Source of the DNA: a virus
Virus record (IMG/VR): IMGVR_UViG_3300001533_002283
Coordinates: 108,182-172,181 of that record
Direction: 5' to 3' (one strand)
Length of the DNA stretch: 64,000 bases
Both the position numbers and the translations under genes were made by a program. Under the pieces are notes generated by a model, which was not told where the DNA came from, searched no databases, and saw only the letters and a program-made list of their open reading frames with translations. Below, piece after piece: positions 9,426-18,030 of this stretch. How positions within the stretch are numbered: the first letter of the stretch is position 1; every line of letters starts with the position of its first letter.

Positions 9426-9459
9426 TGCCAAAAAGCACCTCACTTTCAAGTATAACATC

Positions 9460-11364
9460 ATGGGTAAAAAAGTTATTGCGATTCAAACCGATGGACCAAT
9501 GCGTAAAAGCGGATTAGGCAGAAATGGTAAAGCTCTCGCCAAGTATCTCCATAACACGGGTAAGTATGAAGTCGTTTACTTTGCCCAACAAGGTTACACT
9601 TATGACGACAACGAGTTAAAGAAACTACCTTTTCGCGCGCACGGGATTCTTCCTAATAATCAAAACGAACTAATTGCCGCGCAAAATGACCCGACAAAAT
9701 TTCGTGATGCAACTTACGGGAATCTTTGCATCGACCAATTTGTAAAAGACGTTAAGCCCTTTGCCATGATTTTTTCCAATGATTCATGGGCTTTTCCTTA
9801 TCAATCGCGCCCTTGGTGGAATAAATTTCATTGCTTGCCACACATTACCCTAGATTCTCTTCCTTTTCAAAAATCCCAAACAGAGTTTATTAAAAAGTCC
9901 AAAACCCACTACGTTTGGGCAAAGTTTGCGGAAGAAGAGGCTGTTAGAATCGGACTCAACAATGTTAAAACTATTCCCGCGATTATTGACGATGAGTATT
10001 TCAAACCGCTTGGTCGGGAAGCAAAATATCAGTTGAAAAAGAAACATGGTATCGACCAAGACACTTTCATAATCGGTTTTGTTTTTCGTAATCAGTTAAG
10101 AAAAGAGGTAAAGCCCCTTCTTGAAGGTTTCGCACAATTTAAGAAACTTCACCCAAAAGCAAAAGTTAAATTACTTCTCCATACTAATTTTAATGAAGGC
10201 TGGCGAATTTTTGATTTTCTTGAGGAGTTAAACATTCCCGCCTCTGACATTCTCACTACTTACTACTGCAAAGAGTGCGGCGAATACGAGATTAAGACCC
10301 CTGCCGGTTCAAATCTTCCCTGCAAATATTGTGGCGCGAAAAAATCTCAAGACTATTGCGGGATTCATGGCGGTGTTAATGAGGAACAGTTAAACGAGGT
10401 ATATAATCTCATGGATGGTTATTGTCACCCTGCAAATGCTGGTGGGTGCGAAATGCCCATTATTGAGGCTCTTTATGCCGGTTTACCCATTTCTACTGTC
10501 AGTTACGCCTTTGGCAAGACCTTTACTGACGAACCATTTTGTCACACTATTGAACATGCTTGGACTGTTCAAGATGGGACACAATTTAAGCGGGCATGCC
10601 CCCACCCCGAATCAATTCAAGATTTTATCTCATTTTTATACTTCACCCCGATTGACGAGAGGGAAGAAATTGGTGAAGAAGGTAGAGAGTTCGCCTTAAA
10701 TACTTTTTCTCCCAAAGTGGTCGGCGCACAATGGGAAAAGGCGATTGATTCGCTTCCCGATTTTTCCTACGATTATGAGTTTGCCGAGAAGGAGAAAAAT
10801 CCGAATTACCCTATGCCAGTTGGCGTGAGTGACGACGAGTTCGTAACACTTTTATACAACAATGTATTGTTCCAACCTGAACCAGAAGATGGGGATGGTC
10901 GCAAACACTGGCTAAAGACTCTGGCGGGCGGTATTCCACGAGAGGAAGTTTATAAGTTTTTTATCAATGTAGCATTAAATGACAATGCGAAGAATAAAAA
11001 AGTAAAGTTAACCGACTTTTTTGACAAGGATGATGAAGGCAGGCGTGCATTGTTTTACGTGGAGGGAAATGCCGAGGATGTGTTTTTGACCACCGCGTTA
11101 CTCCAAGATTTTAAGCAAATTCACCCCAACTTTAACATTTACTTTTCTTGCGGGGAAGACCATAAGATTTTGTTGAAAGGTAATCCTTATATCCATAAAC
11201 TGTTACCTCTAATACCGGAATTTGGCGATGCTACAATTATGAAGGGGGTTGTGACGGGAGAAAAAATAATCAACTATCTTTATATTCCAAATTTACAAAC
11301 GGCAAAAGTTCCCACCAGACTTGGAGAAGATGCGGAAGAGTTAAATAAAACCCTTATTAAATAA
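9460..11364 (+). CDS. Multidomain glycosyltransferase: GT4 with Zn-ribbon insert plus C-terminal GT9-like N-lobe
   Basis: SGLGR, RNQLRK, GGCEMPIIEALYAGLP; CKEC..CKYC insert; EDVFLTTALL...HP...LLKGNPYI. Confidence 0.8.
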   Translation: MGKKVIAIQTDGPMRKSGLGRNGKALAKYLHNTGKYEVVYFAQQGYTYDDNELKKLPFRAHGILPNNQNELIAAQNDPTKFRDATYGNLCIDQFVKDVKPFAMIFSNDSWAFPYQSRPWWNKFHCLPHITLDSLPFQKSQTEFIKKSKTHYVWAKFAEEEAVRIGLNNVKTIPAIIDDEYFKPLGREAKYQLKKKHGIDQDTFIIGFVFRNQLRKEVKPLLEGFAQFKKLHPKAKVKLLLHTNFNEGWRIFDFLEELNIPASDILTTYYCKECGEYEIKTPAGSNLPCKYCGAKKSQDYCGIHGGVNEEQLNEVYNLMDGYCHPANAGGCEMPIIEALYAGLPISTVSYAFGKTFTDEPFCHTIEHAWTVQDGTQFKRACPHPESIQDFISFLYFTPIDEREEIGEEGREFALNTFSPKVVGAQWEKAIDSLPDFSYDYEFAEKEKNPNYPMPVGVSDDEFVTLLYNNVLFQPEPEDGDGRKHWLKTLAGGIPREEVYKFFINVALNDNAKNKKVKLTDFFDKDDEGRRALFYVEGNAEDVFLTTALLQDFKQIHPNFNIYFSCGEDHKILLKGNPYIHKLLPLIPEFGDATIMKGVVTGEKIINYLYIPNLQTAKVPTRLGEDAEELNKTLIK

Positions 11365-11370
11365 CACACT

Positions 11371-12558
11371 ATGAACACCTTAGAATCTTTTTCGCTTTCA
11401 ACAAATCTCGCGCCCGCCACCCCCCACCTTCAACGGGATTATTTCCCCCTAGACATCGACTTGTCCCGCGCTGTTTTAATCCTCAACACTTTTGAAGATC
11501 AGAGAAAAACCGCACGAGTCTATGATTACTTTCAAGACGTGATTGATTTTAGTGCGAACGAATTGGCAAAACACGGGTATTTTTTCTTTCAGCCTTTAAC
11601 AGGGCGCGAGCCGGTTCTACGTTGCGCAAATTCAACCTTCAATTTAACACCCAACCAAGTCGCTTACCTAATTGACGGTTGTGCCGCTGTAATCTCTAAC
11701 GATGGGGTTTATTCTCATGTGGCAAATGAAGCTGGGGTTAAATGCCTCACCTTATTTGGTTCAAGCTCCCCTTCTGCCCACACTCCGAAATTTCACCCTG
11801 ACATCTTTACCCCCATTAGAGAATCTAATAGTGCGCCTAGTTATCGCTCAAACGAATCTCCAAAGCAAGTAAACGAGAACAGGGTAGAAACCATAATTAA
11901 ATCTCTCTTCTCCTTACTCTCACTTAAATGTCATTTACCACTCAAAACCGTCTATATGGGGCAGCATTATGGTCTTAAATTCTTAGAGGTGATCCCCGAT
12001 TGCGTGTTAAGTCCAGATAATTTTAAATCCGATTTGGTTACATTTCGTATGGATTATCTTCACGACGAGAGTGTGCTTTTTGCTAATCTTCAATATCGGA
12101 AGTGCAACATTATTGTTAAAAATCCCCTGGATTTAGATAAACTAAAAGTGTTTAAAACCAACATTGTTAATTTTAATTACGAGATTGATAAAAATGTTGA
12201 TTTAAGTTACGTGAAAAAACTAATCAAGACCGGTATAAAAGTCACCTTTTTCTCTGACGAGAAGGACGCCGATTTGTCGCTCGCCCGAATGAAAATGCTT
12301 GACGTTGGGATAGTTGAATCGCTGGAAAAACCGGGAGTGGTTCCCGAGGTGTTGGCAAAAATCACGGAGGATACTCACTATCGTTCCAATAAATTCACCC
12401 TTTCTGACGGAAAGATTTACTCGTCTTACAGTGCATATCTCAACAAAACCCCTATCCCTAGCTTTAATCACAACGTTGTTAAATTCAACAAAGATGACCC
12501 GCTTTTATGGGAAGATTTGCGATTCTCTTTCCTTTTTGATTTGACAAAGACAGGTTAA
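11371..12558 (+). CDS. GT9 (heptosyltransferase-like) C-lobe-containing protein
   Basis: AAVISNDGVYSHVANEAGVKCLTLFGSSSP resembles GT9 consensus FIGNDSGPMHLAAALGVP.VALFG. Confidence 0.65.
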   Translation: MNTLESFSLSTNLAPATPHLQRDYFPLDIDLSRAVLILNTFEDQRKTARVYDYFQDVIDFSANELAKHGYFFFQPLTGREPVLRCANSTFNLTPNQVAYLIDGCAAVISNDGVYSHVANEAGVKCLTLFGSSSPSAHTPKFHPDIFTPIRESNSAPSYRSNESPKQVNENRVETIIKSLFSLLSLKCHLPLKTVYMGQHYGLKFLEVIPDCVLSPDNFKSDLVTFRMDYLHDESVLFANLQYRKCNIIVKNPLDLDKLKVFKTNIVNFNYEIDKNVDLSYVKKLIKTGIKVTFFSDEKDADLSLARMKMLDVGIVESLEKPGVVPEVLAKITEDTHYRSNKFTLSDGKIYSSYSAYLNKTPIPSFNHNVVKFNKDDPLLWEDLRFSFLFDLTKTG

Positions 12559-12578
12559 AAAGTCAAATTAACACCACT

Positions 12579-13412
12579 ATGGCACGACCTAAGAAAATTA
12601 CCACTGAAACCTCACCCGTTACTGCTCCCGACCCGCTCCGTCCGGGCATGAAACTAGTTGAGCGAGATTCCTACGGATTACTCAAAAATACTGAATACGT
12701 CTTTGACGACAACGGAAATGTAAATTGGCGCAAGATGGTGCCGGTAGAGTTTCTTTATGTAAATGGGGATGCTCGGCGAAAGGAAATGATTGAGCGGAAG
12801 TATAAAAAGAGTGTTAAGGAAATTGACGTTGTAGCTGATAATGTTGAAGACCGTGATTTAGTTATTACCTTGGCGGGCCTCAAACACCTGTTACGTTTAC
12901 GTGGTTATTCTAGTGTCTCGTTTCACACCAACGAGTCTAGCGAAACTTTTGCGAGTGTAAACTGTTATATTGACTTTCTACCTAATTTTGAAACAGAGGG
13001 TGTCGCCCAATCTTATTCTGAGAATGGTTCTGCTCACCTCCGCTCAACCGATGGTTTCATGCGGGCGTATCTGGTAGAAGCTGCCACAAATCGTGCGTTT
13101 GCCCGTTGTATCAGAAATTACCTCAATATTAATATCGTTAGTCGCGAGGAACTTTTTGACGAGAGTAAGGCGGCGCAAATTGACGGGGGTAATTCCCCGC
13201 TCCTTACTAATGGCTCCCCCCAGTCTATTCTTGAAAAAAAGTGTTCGGAAGCGGGGTTTGGATTCAATGCGTTGAAACTTGCGGCGATTAAATATAAAGA
13301 TAAACTTGGTAACGCCCCCGAACCTTGGACAAAATTCTCTGATATTCCCGCGCAGGATTGCTATGTTTTACTGGAAATGATTAAGACAAAGGACGATAAA
13401 CCTAAGTCTTAA
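12579..13412 (+). CDS. Putative ssDNA-annealing protein (Rad52-like)
   Basis: ITLAGL...GSA.......EAATNRAFARCIRNYLNI pattern; own TTGACA at 12541. Confidence 0.4.
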   Translation: MARPKKITTETSPVTAPDPLRPGMKLVERDSYGLLKNTEYVFDDNGNVNWRKMVPVEFLYVNGDARRKEMIERKYKKSVKEIDVVADNVEDRDLVITLAGLKHLLRLRGYSSVSFHTNESSETFASVNCYIDFLPNFETEGVAQSYSENGSAHLRSTDGFMRAYLVEAATNRAFARCIRNYLNINIVSREELFDESKAAQIDGGNSPLLTNGSPQSILEKKCSEAGFGFNALKLAAIKYKDKLGNAPEPWTKFSDIPAQDCYVLLEMIKTKDDKPKS

Positions 13413-14431
13413 GCCATCTCCCTCCAAGGGCACGTTCTAACTCGCAAGTGCCCCACAAACTCCCCTTCAGTCTCATGATATACGTTATACAGCGTATATT
13501 TTTTTTCGTCGCCACCTTTTTTCTTTTCCCAGATAACATGGTCAGCAGGGCAGTGAGGCAGAACGGCCATTTTAATTCCATTTGGATACCAACGATTCCA
13601 ACCGATATAAAGGTCTTCGGTGCCGTGTCCTTCATATCCTTCAAAGTAGGCCAGTTCTAAAGCCTTGGCATTCATTAGCGTGCAGCCAAACCCCACCCAA
13701 TCGGTAGGGATTAAACTGCCCTTACCAATACCCGGAAAAGCGTTTTCTAACCACCCTCTTCGCCTCCATTTTTTCGCGTTTAACGCAAATACGTTACCAA
13801 AAGGAGGGCAGTTTTTAATTCTTTCTTTTATTCTTTTTAGCCTATTAATCTCTTTCTCGGTCTCTTTTTCTTTTAGTCTTTTTTCATTCTCTCTCATAAG
13901 AATTTTTAACCTCTCTGGCAAATTACGTTCTTCTGGCAAAAAATCTTCGCAAATTTGATTTTGGGGCGTCCCGCGCCCTCCAAGAAAAGCAGTATTTGGA
14001 TATGGGCACATTGCCACACTATAATACCCATCGTCAAAATTTATCGCATCAACCATTACTCGAAGAGCGTTTGCATGGGGCAGAGTATCACTATCTAGAC
14101 TCCAACAGTATTTTGCATTTAATTTAATTGCTGCGGAGTGAGCGGTTTGCCGCATATCTGCAATGAGAAGTTGAGCTTTTTGTTTGTAGTTTTCCCCTCC
14201 TTCAACGAATGCGGGGTTTTTAATCAGGTGAATACGCCATCCTTCGGGAAAAATATCGGTCCAGTATTTAGCGACCGATTTCAACTCTTCCGACTCGTCT
14301 CCAACAATTACCACGTCACCGCCCATTACCTTTGCGTTTTTAATACATGTCGCAACACGACGCCCCTGAGAGTGCATTGCGTAAGTATATGATTTTGTCG
14401 CACAAACAGAAATAACTAGATTTTCTATCAT
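13409..14431 (-). CDS. Glycosyltransferase, GT-A fold
   Basis: WSLDSD (DxD), WVGFGCTLM, TED, C.H motifs. Confidence 0.65.
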   Translation of the reverse strand: MIENLVISVCATKSYTYAMHSQGRRVATCIKNAKVMGGDVVIVGDESEELKSVAKYWTDIFPEGWRIHLIKNPAFVEGGENYKQKAQLLIADMRQTAHSAAIKLNAKYCWSLDSDTLPHANALRVMVDAINFDDGYYSVAMCPYPNTAFLGGRGTPQNQICEDFLPEERNLPERLKILMRENEKRLKEKETEKEINRLKRIKERIKNCPPFGNVFALNAKKWRRRGWLENAFPGIGKGSLIPTDWVGFGCTLMNAKALELAYFEGYEGHGTEDLYIGWNRWYPNGIKMAVLPHCPADHVIWEKKKGGDEKKYTLYNVYHETEGEFVGHLRVRTCPWREMA

Positions 14432-14471
14432 GTTTTATGGTTTGAAATAATTCCGCTTTCGTCAACCTTGA

Positions 14472-16436
14472 TTATGTTATCTCATAATTAACGTTCGTTT
14501 GAGTGAAATAAACTTGAGACGCAACGAAATCAGTGTTTTCTCTTCTAACTTGATTAACGTTTAATAAAACTAGGGGTTTGTCTATTGCAAGTTCAATTTG
14601 ATTAATGTTAGAATTTTGAGATTCAAAAGAAGAATAAAGTGAACTGGTTGAATCAGAAGATATTCTTGTGGCTCTTAACAATCCGTCAAAAAATAAGTAA
14701 GCCGTGAGAGATTGTGAAGCCGCCCCCATTCCTGCAAAACTATCGTTACCGAATCCAAGTGAGATTGATTTTCTGCTAGATTGAAAAGTTTCTCCGTTTG
14801 AGTCTGTTAGGGTAAAAAATGAAGGTCTCTGAGAAGCAAATCTGATTATATTTGCCGATGTAATTGCCCCCGTCCCAGCAGAATTACCATCTGGAATTAA
14901 CACATCGGTATAAAGCCTCGTTTCTGAACTTTCAAAGTTGGTAGTTGAACCGCCCGTTGCGCCAAATCCATTCGTTAAGGTGCTGGTTGAAGAAGATGAA
15001 GTATTAGATACCGTTCTATTGTCCAACAAATTTAACCATTCAGAAAACGTGCCTCTTCTTTGGCCCGTAAAAAACACAACCCCGGTGCCGGTGCTTGTGT
15101 CGCTTTGAAAAAGCGCACTTGAAGAGAATGTTGTTGAATGGCCATATCTACCAGTAATTGATATTCTTTCCCTTGCCGCCGTCTGAGTTGTTTCCTGCGT
15201 TTGCGGATTTTGCCAGTTCAAAGTTCTATTAGAGCTAGTGTGAATGACGTTTGTTCCAGAATTAAAAACGGTTAATGAGGGTAGCTGGCTACTTGTTGTT
15301 TGTAGTGATATTCCAGAAGATGAAACGGTAAATGTGTTTCTCTGTGGCGCAGTATCGCCAACAGTTGTAAAATTAACTGTGAATCTTGTGCTAGGATTTG
15401 TTAAAAAATCTGAACCAGAAAAAGACGTGAGAATAGGGAAAAGAACTTCTGCGTTTTCTGCTTCGTAAACCGTTGCATTTGCAAAAGATGCGCTTCTTAA
15501 TATTCCCGTTGTGGCATATTCAGTTGTTGTTACTGGCCTTTCTGAGAAAACGCTAGACACCCTAGTTAGAGTGGTTGTTTCGAAAACCAAGGAAAAACTT
15601 GTTGAGTAAGTTTGAGTTTCTGTTGTTGTAAGGCTTACGCTTGTTGCTTTTGTTCGGGTAGAAGTAGTAAAAGTATCCTCTCCATTCCATGTTTGACTGT
15701 TTGAAAGGGAAGAAGTTATTGTTGATGCTGTTAAAAAAGAATCGGAAGCCGTTGTTTCGGTTGAACTACTTGAAAGAATAGAACCAGTGGTTGAATTATT
15801 AGTTTTAAAAGTGCGAGATATCGCAATTAGGGCGGTATTAAAAAAAGAGGAAAATGTTTCCGTTGTTGAAAAAAAAGAAGAGGTTCTTCCTGTTTTATCA
15901 AAATAAACGTAAAACTCTCTTTTTGTTAGTGCGCTGGCCTGCCTTGTTAAACTTTGGCTTTGCACCAATGCATTTGCTCTACCTAGTATATCCCCTCCAC
16001 CAGCTTGAGAAATAGAACTGGAAGACGAACTAAATGCAGAGTATGATCCTATTTCTGTAAATAAAAAACCGAGAGAAGAGCTAGTTTGAGAAAATGTAGT
16101 GCCCTGTGACGGCAAGAAAATTGTCTCACTTAAGGACTCTGAATCTGTTTGACCTGCAATATCGTGTGAAAAAAATCTTGAAATACTATAAGAACTATCA
16201 CGAAAATTTGATAAAGACGTTGATGAAACGCTATTATTTCTTGATGTTGTTATAGTTAGCAAAAAGGCATTTGATTCGTTTCTTGTGTATGTGAAAGAGG
16301 CCCCAAAAGCAATCCCCGTAACGCCCGCGACAGAAGAGGTAAATGTTCCATCCGTTCGACTGCTTATAAATACAGAAGAAAGACTTCTTGGATGATTTTC
16401 GCTGTTATCCGTAAGTATTACCCAAGAAATAGCCAT
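14472..16436 (-). CDS. Ser/Thr-rich mucin-like protein, probably virion-associated
   Basis: 654 aa dominated by S/T/F, very few Lys, no Cys; distal end of tail operon. Confidence 0.7.
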   Translation of the reverse strand: MAISWVILTDNSENHPRSLSSVFISSRTDGTFTSSVAGVTGIAFGASFTYTRNESNAFLLTITTSRNNSVSSTSLSNFRDSSYSISRFFSHDIAGQTDSESLSETIFLPSQGTTFSQTSSSLGFLFTEIGSYSAFSSSSSSISQAGGGDILGRANALVQSQSLTRQASALTKREFYVYFDKTGRTSSFFSTTETFSSFFNTALIAISRTFKTNNSTTGSILSSSSTETTASDSFLTASTITSSLSNSQTWNGEDTFTTSTRTKATSVSLTTTETQTYSTSFSLVFETTTLTRVSSVFSERPVTTTEYATTGILRSASFANATVYEAENAEVLFPILTSFSGSDFLTNPSTRFTVNFTTVGDTAPQRNTFTVSSSGISLQTTSSQLPSLTVFNSGTNVIHTSSNRTLNWQNPQTQETTQTAARERISITGRYGHSTTFSSSALFQSDTSTGTGVVFFTGQRRGTFSEWLNLLDNRTVSNTSSSSTSTLTNGFGATGGSTTNFESSETRLYTDVLIPDGNSAGTGAITSANIIRFASQRPSFFTLTDSNGETFQSSRKSISLGFGNDSFAGMGAASQSLTAYLFFDGLLRATRISSDSTSSLYSSFESQNSNINQIELAIDKPLVLLNVNQVRRENTDFVASQVYFTQTNVNYEIT

Positions 16437-16440
16437 AACA

Positions 16441-16917
16441 TTAAACGGTATTTACCTCGTATCCATACCAAGAAATGAAAGGTCTCTCTCCCGCTGGAAC
16501 GGGTGAGGTTTTATCTGTTCTGAATAACTCCACCGGATTTGCCCATAAAGAACCACATCCAATAGCACGTTCTGCAACCCTATCCTCAATAACATGAGTA
16601 AATATTTTTAACAAAGTTGGTGGACCACCTTCCGTTGCGGTAAACGGAGCCGGAATAGACGTTTCTAAGGTAAAATTAACCGAGGTCGCAACTCCCGTTG
16701 CCAACGTAACATTTGCAATTAAATACACCGTTCCACTTGCGGGCGCACTCAACCCAGTCAAAACGGGCACAATCCCATTGATTGTTCCGGTTGTTTGGTA
16801 AGAAACATCGCCCGTTCCCGAGTTTACAGATATTTCTAAAGGACAGCTAACCCCCGCATCCGCCTTAATTACGGTATTAGGAAAATTAAAATATTTACTT
16901 GCGTTATTGACAGCCAT
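16441..16917 (-). CDS. Putative tail-tip/fibre adaptor protein
   Basis: Beta-rich, position in tail operon. Confidence 0.5.
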   Translation of the reverse strand: MAVNNASKYFNFPNTVIKADAGVSCPLEISVNSGTGDVSYQTTGTINGIVPVLTGLSAPASGTVYLIANVTLATGVATSVNFTLETSIPAPFTATEGGPPTLLKIFTHVIEDRVAERAIGCGSLWANPVELFRTDKTSPVPAGERPFISWYGYEVNTV

Positions 16918-16937
16918 AGTGTTATATATTTCTTTTA

Positions 16938-18026
16938 TTATCCCACACTTAATACATAATTATACCCAGTATTAAATCCCGAATAGTTAATACTCAACAG
17001 CATTGCGCTCCCCGTAATGTTTCTTCCCACCCTATAATTATACCCGCTATTCCCCAAGGTGTTAAAATCAAATTGGTAGCCGGTAACACTTGGAACATAA
17101 TCTATGTTGCTAAAACTACTACCCGTTGGCAAGTTGGCAACAGCGGCGGAGAAAATACTGTTGAATGAGTTTGCGCCGGTGGTTCCCGAAAGATAAGAAA
17201 TGGTGAGGCGCGCTGGTAGAGATTCGTTATATGGAGTCGCCCCCTTAAAGTTACTCCAAGAAAAAGAAGAGGAGCCGGTTGAAACTCCCGATAACGATAA
17301 AATTTCTGAGAAATCCAAGGTTTGAATTATTGGAAACTGAGTCTCCACATTCACCCTCTCATTAAACACCCCAAAATTACTATAGATGGTAAAATCATAG
17401 GGGGTAACATTATCTGAGAGTTCGGCTTGTGTTAACAACGTGTAGTTTCTAATCAAATCGAAGTTTCTCACGCCCGTAACATCACTAGTGTTATTAACAA
17501 AAGAGAACAAACCTGATTGCGAAACCCCGCTATAAACCCGGAATAAAACGGGTGGGTTTAAGTTCGTGACTGTTCCCGTGCCAGAACCTCCCGCGCCGGA
17601 AAAACGGAATGATGAGAACTGATAGGAAGGGGGTTTACCGCTTAGGGTAAAATCCAAAGAGCAAGTGCAATTTATTGGCTCTACTCCTATTTTATCAATG
17701 TATGGGGAGAACTCTTCTGTTCCGCTCGTATTTAGAACATACAAATCATTATAATAATAATTTTGATTTTCACCACTACGAATTATTTTAATAGAGTTGA
17801 TTTCGTTACGGTTTGCCCCTCCAATGTATTTGTTATTTAAACTTTCAAGAACTCTTCCGTTTGCAACAGATACACTGTTAATAAACTCTTGTGATCTTCC
17901 GAATAAGTAGAAATGACATTGACTCCCACTAGTGTTATCTAGTGAAAATTTAAATTCATAACTTCCCACGTCATTTAAAGATTGAGAGGAAAAAGTTTTT
18001 TCAGTATATCCGGTGATTAATTTCAT
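16938..18026 (-). CDS. Putative tail/baseplate structural protein
   Basis: SG/TG-rich beta protein in tail operon. Confidence 0.55.
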   Translation of the reverse strand: MKLITGYTEKTFSSQSLNDVGSYEFKFSLDNTSGSQCHFYLFGRSQEFINSVSVANGRVLESLNNKYIGGANRNEINSIKIIRSGENQNYYYNDLYVLNTSGTEEFSPYIDKIGVEPINCTCSLDFTLSGKPPSYQFSSFRFSGAGGSGTGTVTNLNPPVLFRVYSGVSQSGLFSFVNNTSDVTGVRNFDLIRNYTLLTQAELSDNVTPYDFTIYSNFGVFNERVNVETQFPIIQTLDFSEILSLSGVSTGSSSFSWSNFKGATPYNESLPARLTISYLSGTTGANSFNSIFSAAVANLPTGSSFSNIDYVPSVTGYQFDFNTLGNSGYNYRVGRNITGSAMLLSINYSGFNTGYNYVLSVG

Positions 18027-18030
18027 GGTG

